63,676 nt of DNA from Betaproteobacteria bacterium (GTDB lineage: Bacteria > Pseudomonadota > Gammaproteobacteria > Burkholderiales > SG8-41), in the NCBI GenBank assembly GCA_003820645.1, contig RPOR01000006.1:1-63676 (forward strand). The letters run 5' to 3'. The notes below the pieces were generated by a model that worked only from the letters and a program-made list of their open reading frames with translations, ran no database searches and had not been told where the DNA came from. This document shows positions 53,157 through 63,676 of this stretch, piece by piece. Positions within the stretch are counted from its first letter, which is position 1. The number at the start of each line of letters is the position of its first letter. The position numbers were made by a program, and so were the translations under genes.

Positions 53157-53948
53157 ATGCCCGTACATCTCAAGAATCAGGATGAAATCGAACTCATGCG
53201 GGTGGCTGGCCGGCTCGCCGCTGAAGTGCTGGATTTCATCACCCCGCACGTCAGACCGGGAATCACCACTGACGAGCTCGACCGCTTGTGCCACGACTAC
53301 ATGGTTAACCAGCAGGGCACGATACCGGCGCCGCTGAACTACACGCCGCCGGGTTACACGCCTTACCCGAAGTCGATCTGCACGTCCGTCAATCATGTGA
53401 TCTGCCACGGTGTTCCCGGAGCCAAGAAGCTCAAGACCGGGGACATCATCAATATCGACATCACTGTCATCAAAGACGGTTTCCATGGCGACACCAGCCG
53501 CATGTTCTTTGTCGGACAGCCTTCGATCCAGGCACGCCGGCTGGTTGACCTGACTTACGAGTGCATGTGGCGCGGAATCCGGGCCATCAGACCGGGGCAT
53601 ACGCTGGGCCACATCGGTCACGCCATTCAGTCCCACGCCGAGCGGCACGGTTTCAGCGTGGTCCGCGAGTTTTGCGGGCACGGAATCGGCCGCAACTTTC
53701 ATGAGGAGCCGCAGATCCTGCATTACGGCCAGCCGGGCATGGGCATGCGCCTGGAAGCGGGAATGATTTTCACTGTCGAGCCGATGATCAATGCCGGCAA
53801 AGCCGACATCCGCCAGATGGCTGACGGCTGGACCATCGTCACCAAGGACCACAGTCTGTCCGCGCAATGGGAGCATACCGTGCTGGTAACCCAGAGTGGA
53901 TACGAAGTGCTGACCGTATCAGCGGGAACACCTGCACCTGCGGCCTGA
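53157..53948 (+). CDS. map: Type I methionine aminopeptidase
   Basis: ICHGVP...GDIINIDITVIKDGFHGDTSRMF...GHGIGRNFHEEPQILHY...FTVEPMIN. Confidence 0.97.
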   Translation: MPVHLKNQDEIELMRVAGRLAAEVLDFITPHVRPGITTDELDRLCHDYMVNQQGTIPAPLNYTPPGYTPYPKSICTSVNHVICHGVPGAKKLKTGDIINIDITVIKDGFHGDTSRMFFVGQPSIQARRLVDLTYECMWRGIRAIRPGHTLGHIGHAIQSHAERHGFSVVREFCGHGIGRNFHEEPQILHYGQPGMGMRLEAGMIFTVEPMINAGKADIRQMADGWTIVTKDHSLSAQWEHTVLVTQSGYEVLTVSAGTPAPAA

Positions 53949-53979
53949 CATCCGGGACCAAATCCGCCGCCGCCATCGC

Positions 53980-56571
53980 ATGCGCACCACCACGGCATCT
54001 TCAACCCGCCAGCTCCGGCCCGCGCGCGAGGACAGTCAGCGCGAGGCGCTCGCCGCGGAACGCACAGCGCTGCAGCAGCAGTTTGAAAAGGGAGACCTCG
54101 GTCGCGAATTGCTGCGGCGTCTTGCACTGCTGACGGACCGCCACCTGCGGCTGGCCTGGAAGGCACGGGAAATGCCTCCGGAGATCGCGCTGGTGGGTGT
54201 CGGCGGCTATGGACGCGGCCAGCTGTTCCCGCATTCCGACGTCGACATCCTGATCCTGCTGCCGGCTGCACCTGAAGCAGCGTTGCGTGAAAAGCTTGAA
54301 ATGCTGGTCGGCACCTTCTGGGACATCGGACTTGATGCCGGACACAGCGTGCGCACGCTGGACGAATGCTTTGAGGTGGCCGCAGGGGACGTGACCATAC
54401 AGACCAATCTGCTCGAGTCGAGACTGATCAGCGGCAACCGCGAGCTCTACCGGCGATTCACGCGCAAGCTGCAGCAGTCCATCGATCCCGCAGCCTTCCT
54501 CCGTGCAAAACGCATCGAGCAGCAACAACGCCATTTGCGGCACCAGGAAACCAACCTCGAGCCGAATCTCAAGGAAAGCGCCGGCGGCCTGCGCGACCTG
54601 AACACGATCCTGTGGATTGCGCGAGCAGCCGGTTTGGGCCGTACCTGGCTGGAACTCGCCCGGCGCGGCTTCATCACCCGCGATGAAGCACGCGCGATTG
54701 GCCGCCACGAACGGGTGTTGGAACTGTTACGCATCCGTCTGCATTATCTTGCCGGACGCCGTGAGGACCGTCTGTTATTCGATCATCAGACGGCCCTGGC
54801 CAAACAACTCGGATTCGCCGAGCGCGCCAGCCGTCGCCCCAGCGAACGCCTGATGCAGCGCTACTACCAGACCGCAAAATCGGTATCGCAGCTGAACACC
54901 ATTTTGCTGCAAAATCTTGCGCTGCGCATCGTCCCGCCGGCCAATCGCTCGGCGATTACACCGCTCAACGAGCGGTTCGCCGTTCGCGGCGAACTGCTCT
55001 CCGCGCCGGACCCCACCATATTCGAGCGTGACCCCTGCACGATACTCGAAGCGTTCGTATTGCTGCAGCAGCACCATGAGCTCAAGGGCATTGGTGCGGT
55101 AACCCTGCGGGCGCTGTGGCGCGCACGGCGGCGCATCACCCCGGCGGCGCGTCGCAATCCCCGGATGCGTGAACTCTTCATGGAAATTCTGCGCAGCCCG
55201 ACGCGGATGATCCGCGAACTGCGGCGTATGCACCAGTTCGACATCCTTGGCCGTTACATCCCGGCTTTTGGCCGCGTCACCGGCCAGATGCAGCACGACC
55301 TCTATCATGTCTATACCGTCGACGAGCACATCCTGAAAGTGGTGCGCAATGTCCGCCGTTTTGCCGTGCCCGAACTGGCGCACGAATTTCCGCTGTGCAG
55401 CCGCCTGATGAGCGAATTCGACAAGCCCGAGCTGCTCTACCTCGCCGCGCTGTTTCACGATATCGGAAAAGGACGCGGCGGAGACCATTCCGAACTGGGC
55501 AAGGTCGATGCGCTGCGGTTCTGCAAGGCCCATAGCCTGCCGCCTGCCGACAGCGAGCTGGTCGCCTGGCTGGTGGAACAGCACCTGGTCATGTCAACCA
55601 CAGCGCAAAAACAGGACCTGACGGACCCGGAAGTTGCGCATAACTTTGCCCAGCGCGTGCGCAACGAACGGCATCTGGTCGCACTCTATCTGCTGACTGT
55701 GGCGGACATCCGCGGCACCAGTCCCAAAGTCTGGAACGCATGGAAAGCCAAGCTGCTGGAGGACTTGTTCCACGTCACCCGGCGCATGCTGAGCGGCGAT
55801 CGCAGCGAGCGCCAGGATGGCCAGCGCGGACGTCAGGAAGACGCGATGGTGCGACTGCGGCTGTATGCCATCCCGGAAGCGGATTACCGCGAGTTCTGGA
55901 GCCAGCTGGATACCGCCTATTTCCTGCGCCATGAAGGGCAGGAAATTGCATGGCATACGCGGCACCTGCATCGCCGCGTCCACTCCGCCACGCCGGTGGT
56001 ACGCGCACGGCTGTCGCCAATCGGCGAGGGCCTGCAGGTGCTGGTTTATGTGGTCGACCAGAAGGAACTGTTTTCGCGGATATGCAGCTTTTTTGAAAGC
56101 ATCAGCTTCGACATCTTTGAAGCCAAGATTCATACCACCAGACACGGCTATGCACTCGACACCTTCCATGTTCAGGACGCGTCGAACCGGCAACCGGAAT
56201 ACCGCGACCTGATCAGCTACATCGAGTATGAACTTACTGACCGCCTCACCCGCCGGACGCCGCTGCCGGAATTGACCAAGCCGCGGCTGAGCCGGCAATT
56301 GCGGCACTTTCCAATCACCCCGGAAGTCAATATCCAGGCGGATGACCGTGGCGACTACCGCATACTGTCCATCGTTGCCGGCGACCGGCCCGGCCTGCTG
56401 TCGCGCATCTCCCGCACGCTGACCGCATTCGACATCAACCTCCACGCAGCAAAAATCAACACCCTGGGAGCACGTGCCGAAGATACCTTCGTGGTCAGTG
56501 GCGCTGCGCTGAACAACCCGAAGACCACGGTGCGTTTCGAAAGCGAATTGCTCGACCGGCTGCGGATCTGA
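53980..56571 (+). CDS. glnD: [Protein-PII] uridylyltransferase / uridylyl-removing enzyme
   Basis: 863 aa. NTase motif GGYGRGQLFPHSDVDILIL, HD domain (LAALFHDIGKGRGGDHSELG), and two C-terminal ACT domains. Confidence 0.96.
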   Translation: MRTTTASSTRQLRPAREDSQREALAAERTALQQQFEKGDLGRELLRRLALLTDRHLRLAWKAREMPPEIALVGVGGYGRGQLFPHSDVDILILLPAAPEAALREKLEMLVGTFWDIGLDAGHSVRTLDECFEVAAGDVTIQTNLLESRLISGNRELYRRFTRKLQQSIDPAAFLRAKRIEQQQRHLRHQETNLEPNLKESAGGLRDLNTILWIARAAGLGRTWLELARRGFITRDEARAIGRHERVLELLRIRLHYLAGRREDRLLFDHQTALAKQLGFAERASRRPSERLMQRYYQTAKSVSQLNTILLQNLALRIVPPANRSAITPLNERFAVRGELLSAPDPTIFERDPCTILEAFVLLQQHHELKGIGAVTLRALWRARRRITPAARRNPRMRELFMEILRSPTRMIRELRRMHQFDILGRYIPAFGRVTGQMQHDLYHVYTVDEHILKVVRNVRRFAVPELAHEFPLCSRLMSEFDKPELLYLAALFHDIGKGRGGDHSELGKVDALRFCKAHSLPPADSELVAWLVEQHLVMSTTAQKQDLTDPEVAHNFAQRVRNERHLVALYLLTVADIRGTSPKVWNAWKAKLLEDLFHVTRRMLSGDRSERQDGQRGRQEDAMVRLRLYAIPEADYREFWSQLDTAYFLRHEGQEIAWHTRHLHRRVHSATPVVRARLSPIGEGLQVLVYVVDQKELFSRICSFFESISFDIFEAKIHTTRHGYALDTFHVQDASNRQPEYRDLISYIEYELTDRLTRRTPLPELTKPRLSRQLRHFPITPEVNIQADDRGDYRILSIVAGDRPGLLSRISRTLTAFDINLHAAKINTLGARAEDTFVVSGAALNNPKTTVRFESELLDRLRI

Positions 56572-56585
56572 GGCCGTGCACAAGG

Positions 56586-57119
56586 TCAGTCATCACCGGC
56601 CGGTTCGCCGGGAAACAGCGTCTCCGTAAAACCGAAATTGCGCATGTCACGGATGCGCATCGGATACAGTATGCCGTCAAGATGATCACATTCATGCTGC
56701 ACCACCCGGGCATGAAAACCGTGCACCGTGCGATCGATCTCCTTGCCGTATGCATCGAAACCGCGGTAGCGCAGACGCCGGTGACGCGGCACCAGACCGC
56801 GCATGCCGGGCACCGACAGGCAACCCTCCCAGCCATCCTCGATCTCCGCATCAAGCGGCGTAATGAGCGGGTTGATCAGCACCGTCTGCGGCACCGGCTC
56901 CGCATCCGGATAGCGGGCGTTGGCCACAATGCCGAACATCACCACCCGCAGCCCCACGCCGATCTGGGGCGCCGCCAGTCCCGCCCCGTTCATCGCCTGC
57001 ATGGTGTCCTCCATGTCGGCGATCAATGCGTGCAGCTCCGGCGTGTCGAAGTGTGCGACCGGACGCGAGACCCGCAACAGGCGCTCGTCACCCATGCGCA
57101 GCACCGGCCTAATCGCCAT
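56586..57119 (-). CDS. def: Peptide deformylase
   Basis: [10 protein letters not shown]...EGCLSVPG...HECDHLDG, all three PDF motifs. 11-nt overlap with the upstream phosphorylase gene. Confidence 0.93.
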   Translation of the reverse strand: MAIRPVLRMGDERLLRVSRPVAHFDTPELHALIADMEDTMQAMNGAGLAAPQIGVGLRVVMFGIVANARYPDAEPVPQTVLINPLITPLDAEIEDGWEGCLSVPGMRGLVPRHRRLRYRGFDAYGKEIDRTVHGFHARVVQHECDHLDGILYPMRIRDMRNFGFTETLFPGEPAGDD

Positions 57120-57864
57120 GCTGCCGCGCCGCTGCCGCCAGAATCCGCCCGACGCGCGTCATGGCCGCCGCGGCCACCGCGGTGATTTCCGCAATGGCGA
57201 CGCCGCTGGTATTGGCGCCGCGCCCCGCTGCCGCATTGACCACGACTGCCAGCATCGCGTAGCAGAGCCGGCTTTCGCGTGCCAGTGCCGCTTCCGGCAT
57301 GCCGGTCATGCCGACGACATCGGCGCCGTCGCGCGCCATGCGCCCGATCTCCGCCGCAGTCTCCAGCCGCGGTCCCTGGGTGGCACCGTACACGCCGCCA
57401 TCGTGCACAGAGTCACCCGCCGCCACCGCCGCCCCTAGCAGGCGCTGGCGCAGCGATTCGCAGAACGGTTTGGTGAAATCGACGTGCTCCAGCGGCTGCG
57501 CAAGACCATCAAAAAACGTGGCCTCCCGGCCATGGGTGTAGTCGATGATCTGCTCCGGCACCAGCAGCGTACCCGCAGTGAGGTCATCACGGATGCCGCC
57601 GACGGTCGCGACTGCAACGACATCGCGCACGCCCTGTGTCTGCAGCGCCCAGATATTCGCGCGGTAATTGATCCGGTGCGGGGCGATCGTATGACCATCG
57701 CCATGACGCGCCAGGAATACCACTTCCGCCCCCCCCAGCCTGCCGAATGTCAGCGCCGCCGAGGGCTCGCCGTAAGGCGTGGCGACAATCTCCCGCCGCA
57801 ATACCGCAAGGTCTGCGATCCGGTTCAACGCCGTGCCGCCGATGATGCCGAGCATGGACGCCAT
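57109..57864 (-). CDS. mtnP: S-methyl-5'-thioadenosine / thioinosine phosphorylase (MTAP family)
   Basis: LGIIGGTAL...[25 protein letters not shown]...GPRLETAAE...[13 protein letters not shown]. Start at 57864 is 1 nt after the upstream stop. An alternative start lies at 57855. Confidence 0.85.
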   Translation of the reverse strand: MASMLGIIGGTALNRIADLAVLRREIVATPYGEPSAALTFGRLGGAEVVFLARHGDGHTIAPHRINYRANIWALQTQGVRDVVAVATVGGIRDDLTAGTLLVPEQIIDYTHGREATFFDGLAQPLEHVDFTKPFCESLRQRLLGAAVAAGDSVHDGGVYGATQGPRLETAAEIGRMARDGADVVGMTGMPEAALARESRLCYAMLAVVVNAAAGRGANTSGVAIAEITAVAAAAMTRVGRILAAAARQHGD

Positions 57865-57865
57865 T

Positions 57866-58426
57866 TCAGTCCCGTTCGTCCTGGCGCAGGGCATAGACCG
57901 CAGGCAGATTGCGCCACCAGCCCCCTACGTCCATGCCGAAACCAAAAACGTAGCGATCGGGCACCTCTACACCGATGAAATCCGCGGCAACGGGTTTCGC
58001 CCGGTTCAGCCGTTTGTCGGCAAACACCGCGATCAGCACCTGTCGCGCACCGGCGTCGAGCAGGCGGCGGCGGATCGCTGCCAGCGTGTGTCCCTCGTCG
58101 AGAATGTCGTCGACAATCAGCACCATGCGGCCGCGCACTGCCGCTGGCACATCAACGCGCCATTCCAGTTCGCTGCCCCTGGTTGCCTCGCCGTAGCGGG
58201 TCGCATCCACATAATCGAAATCCAGCGGAAATTGCAGTAACGGCAGCAGGTGTCCTGCAAACACCACGCTGCCGCGCATGACGGCCAGCAGCAGCGGCTG
58301 CTGTTGACCCAGAGTTGCGGTGATGGCGCCAGCAACACGCGCCACGGCCCGGTCCACCTCATCCGGCGCAAGCAGCTGTTCGGCACGCGCCAGCAATGCC
58401 TGCGCTTCGGCAAACGACGGTTTCAA
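57866..58426 (-). CDS. Hypoxanthine/guanine-type purine phosphoribosyltransferase
   Basis: PRPP-binding loop MVLIVDDILDEGHTLAAI and C-terminal YVFGFGMDVGGWWRNLP. I prefer the TTG at 58426: it gives ~186 aa, the length of homologues I recall, and does not overlap the upstream gene. The ORF-track TTG at 58480 is the alternative. Confidence 0.8.
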   Translation of the reverse strand: MKPSFAEAQALLARAEQLLAPDEVDRAVARVAGAITATLGQQQPLLLAVMRGSVVFAGHLLPLLQFPLDFDYVDATRYGEATRGSELEWRVDVPAAVRGRMVLIVDDILDEGHTLAAIRRRLLDAGARQVLIAVFADKRLNRAKPVAADFIGVEVPDRYVFGFGMDVGGWWRNLPAVYALRQDERD

Positions 58427-58436
58427 TGAATCGATG

Positions 58437-58805
58437 TCAATAGGTAAAGGTGACGACGTCCTCGTCCATCGCCTGTTCAATTACATACGCACCACCGACG
58501 GTTTCGCTGATCTCGGGAATCAGGTCATCGCCCCACAGGTCCAGCGTCGGGGTGCAAACCTTGAACTGAACACCTGCTTCGTGCGCATCCTTGATGAAAT
58601 CATAAACGCTCTTCGCCGAGCCCTCCTTGACGAACAGTTTTTCGGCAACCCCCTTTTTGGCGAGTTCTCCGGAACGTGCGGTCAGGATCACCTCGACCTC
58701 GTAGTCCATCGCGGCCGCCACCGTGGCCTGAAAAAACGGTGCGCCCAGTTCGGAACTGTTTGCGGGATCGGTATTGACCATGATGATCATCAGCTTGTTT
58801 GCCAT
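58437..58805 (-). CDS. DsrE/DsrF-like (COG2044-type) sulfur-relay/peroxiredoxin-like family protein
   Basis: 122 aa. KLMIIMVNTDP...PFFQATVAAAMDYEVEVILTARSGELAKKG...GVQFKVCTPTLDLWG. Single conserved-position Cys. GAGG SD lies 6 nt before the ATG. Confidence 0.65.
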   Translation of the reverse strand: MANKLMIIMVNTDPANSSELGAPFFQATVAAAMDYEVEVILTARSGELAKKGVAEKLFVKEGSAKSVYDFIKDAHEAGVQFKVCTPTLDLWGDDLIPEISETVGGAYVIEQAMDEDVVTFTY

Positions 58806-58835
58806 GGCAGACCTCGATTCAATGAAGGGAACTAA

Positions 58836-58844
58836 ATATTAGCA
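58836..58844 (-). promoter_or_regulatory. Candidate extended -10 promoter for the DsrE-like/PRTase/mtnP/def cluster
   Basis: Minus strand reads TGCTAATAT (TGn + TAATAT), ~30 nt upstream of the DsrE-like ATG, inside an AT-rich patch. Confidence 0.25.
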
Positions 58845-58980
58845 CATGGTTATATTCCAGCCACCGCAACGCCTGCCGGGAAAACTGCCCGCCGCGGTAA
58901 ATCGCTCGATCATGCCCCATTGCCCGGCCCCAATCTCCAAGTCGACCGGCCGCTGCCGGCCTCAACCCGTTCACGACATT

Positions 58981-62041
<3,061 letters not shown>

Positions 62042-62055
62042 GTCTTGTCAGGCCG

Positions 62056-63676
62056 TCAAGCCGCCTCTTCCGTGAGTTTCATCGCCGCCTCGATATCCAC
62101 GGCCACCACCCGCGACACGCCCGGCTCCTGCATCGTGATGCCCAGCAGCTGGTTGGCGAGCTCCATCGTGATCTTGTTGTGACTGATGAATACAAACTGC
62201 GAATGTTCCGCCATTTTTTTCACCAGCTCGCAGAACCGTCCGGTATTGTGATCATCGAGCGGTGCATCGACCTCGTCGAGCATGCAGAACGGCGCCGGAT
62301 TCAGCTTGAAAATCGAAAATACCAGCGCCATCGCGGTCAGTGCCTTCTCACCACCGGAGAGCAGGTGGATCGAACTGTTTTTCTTGCCCGGCGGCTGGGC
62401 AATGACCTGAATCCCGCAATCGAGGATTTCTTCACCGGTGAGCAGCAATTTGGCGTTGCCGCCGCCGAACAGCGCAGGAAACATCGTCGCAAAATGGGCG
62501 TTGACCTCGTCGAATGTCGACTGCAGGCGCTCACGCGTCTCGCGGTCGATGCGGCGGATCGCATCTTCCAGTGTCGCCATTGCCGAGGTCAGATCGGCGA
62601 ACTGCGCGTCGAGATAGGTCTTGCGCTCCCGTGCCGCTTCCAGCTCCTCCAGCGCCGCCAGATTGACCGCGCCCAAGCTCCTGATTTCCTCGTTCAGGCG
62701 GTTGATCTCGGATTGCAGCGAACCGGACCGGGTGCCTTTTTCCAGCGCTTGTGCGAGCGCGGCTTCATCGGCACCTGCCTCCGCGAGCTGCTGCGCGTAC
62801 TGCTCCTCGTTGATCCGCGCCTCTTGCTCCTTCAGCTTCACTTCATTGATGCGGTCGCGCAGCGGACCGAGTTTCTGTTCCGCCGCCATCCGTTCCTGCT
62901 CCACCTCTTTCAGCTGCGCTTCGGTCGCCTCCAGCGCGTCGCGCGCCTGCGCCAGCGCCTGCTCCTTGGTCCCGCGCAGCGACAGCGCAATCTGCAGCTG
63001 ACTCTGCCAGGGCGACTCGTCAAGGCGCGACAACGCCTCCTCTTCGGTTGCCAGGGTCTGGCGCAGCCGCTCGATCGCATCGCCGGCCGCGGCGATCGTG
63101 CGCTCGACCTCGGCGATCTTGTTCGATGAAGTCTTCGCCTGGAACACCGCCTCCTGCAGTTCGCGCTCGGCCTGCTGGGCAATTTCCCGCTGCTGATCGA
63201 GCTCTGCCTGCGCACGGCGGTGCAGTTCGAGGGCCGTCTCCAACTCGCGGGCGAACCCGCCCGCTTCCTCGCCGAAGCGCGCCAGATTGGCCGCCGCTTC
63301 TTCACGATGCCCGGCCTCGGCCGACATCTGCTCGGCAATCTCTGCCAACTCCGCGGCGATCTGCTCGCCACGTTGCGTCAGCCGCTGCGTCTGCTCGGTC
63401 AGCCGCACGCTCTCCACCTGCAGTGCATGGTGTTTGTGCTGCAGACCGGTAACCTCGACACGCAATGCACTCAAGGCAGCCTTTTCCGAAACAATGCGTT
63501 CGGCCTGCTCTTCAGCAGCCGCACGCAGTGCATCGATGACTTGCCTCCTGCCCACGACTTCAACATCCAGCGTTTCGATTTCGCGCTGTCGCGACAACAC
63601 ACCATGCAGCTCAGAATCCGGCGCATGAAACGTCAGGCTGTGTCGGGTAAAAAGATAACCGTCGCGGGTCACCAGC
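62056..63676 (-). CDS. smc: Chromosome segregation protein SMC (C-terminal half; 5' end lies beyond the window)
   Basis: Long coiled coil, then the signature motif [19 protein letters not shown], Walker [14 protein letters not shown] and D-loop. The frame is open to the window edge. Confidence 0.95.
   Translation of the reverse strand, partial: LVTRDGYLFTRHSLTFHAPDSELHGVLSRQREIETLDVEVVGRRQVIDALRAAAEEQAERIVSEKAALSALRVEVTGLQHKHHALQVESVRLTEQTQRLTQRGEQIAAELAEIAEQMSAEAGHREEAAANLARFGEEAGGFARELETALELHRRAQAELDQQREIAQQAERELQEAVFQAKTSSNKIAEVERTIAAAGDAIERLRQTLATEEEALSRLDESPWQSQLQIALSLRGTKEQALAQARDALEATEAQLKEVEQERMAAEQKLGPLRDRINEVKLKEQEARINEEQYAQQLAEAGADEAALAQALEKGTRSGSLQSEINRLNEEIRSLGAVNLAALEELEAARERKTYLDAQFADLTSAMATLEDAIRRIDRETRERLQSTFDEVNAHFATMFPALFGGGNAKLLLTGEEILDCGIQVIAQPPGKKNSSIHLLSGGEKALTAMALVFSIFKLNPAPFCMLDEVDAPLDDHNTGRFCELVKKMAEHSQFVFISHNKITMELANQLLGITMQEPGVSRVVAVDIEAAMKLTEEAA

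Noticed and set aside
58921-58980. GC-rich inverted repeat (CCGGC-AGCG-GCCGG on the minus strand) just downstream of ligA as a possible terminator.
   Set aside because: The stem is only 5 bp and no U-tract follows. This is insufficient for an intrinsic terminator call.

Overview
GC-rich (roughly 60-65% by eye), almost fully coding chromosomal core region. Its gene order is typical of Betaproteobacteria (Nitrosomonadales/Rhodocyclales-like). I call 57 protein genes (one frameshifted, one cut by the window edge, one speculative small ORF), 3 tRNAs, 3 intrinsic terminators and a few candidate regulatory sites. Most genes are on the minus strand.

Main blocks:
- TAXI-TRAP binding protein, convergent with a usp / DUF294-nucleotidyltransferase / exonuclease operon.
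- DUF1178, tRNA-Leu/Cys/Gly, pgsA, uvrC, UDG, nagZ.
- acpS-pdxJ-recO-era-rnc-DUF4845-lepB-lepA.
- grx-like, mucD, rseB, rseA, rpoE.
- A betaine-type ABC fusion, divergent from an omega-aminotransferase.
- A 1193-aa fused Nfn/Sud-like oxidoreductase.
- folD-ftsB-eno-kdsA-pyrG.
- ppsA/ppsR, then a trmH-like gene.
- An EgtB-family/glycosyltransferase pair (candidate selenoneine senA/senB).
- The E. coli-like supercluster rnhB-lpxB-lpxA-fabZ-lpxD-skp-bamA-rseP-dxr-cdsA-uppS-frr-pyrH-tsf-rpsB, divergent from map-glnD.
- def, MTA/MTI phosphorylase, purine PRTase, DsrE-like gene.
- ligA, zipA (frameshifted), smc (partial).

I found no mobile elements, CRISPR arrays, prophage or recognisable defence islands. 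I do not see a clearly novel multi-gene system.

The items most worth a second look are:
1. The two-gene senA/senB-like insertion that breaks the rnhB-trmH synteny, with no selD/senC or egtD nearby.
2. The giant NfnB-NfnA-like fusion with an unassigned ~255-aa N-terminal domain.
3. A perfect FNR box in front of the uncharacterised usp / cNMP-CBS-DUF294 NTase / DEDDh exonuclease operon.
4. An apparent 1-nt frameshift in zipA.
5. An ABC binding-protein/permease fusion with no ATPase gene nearby.

All functional calls rest on my recognition of translated motifs and synteny. No database searches were run.
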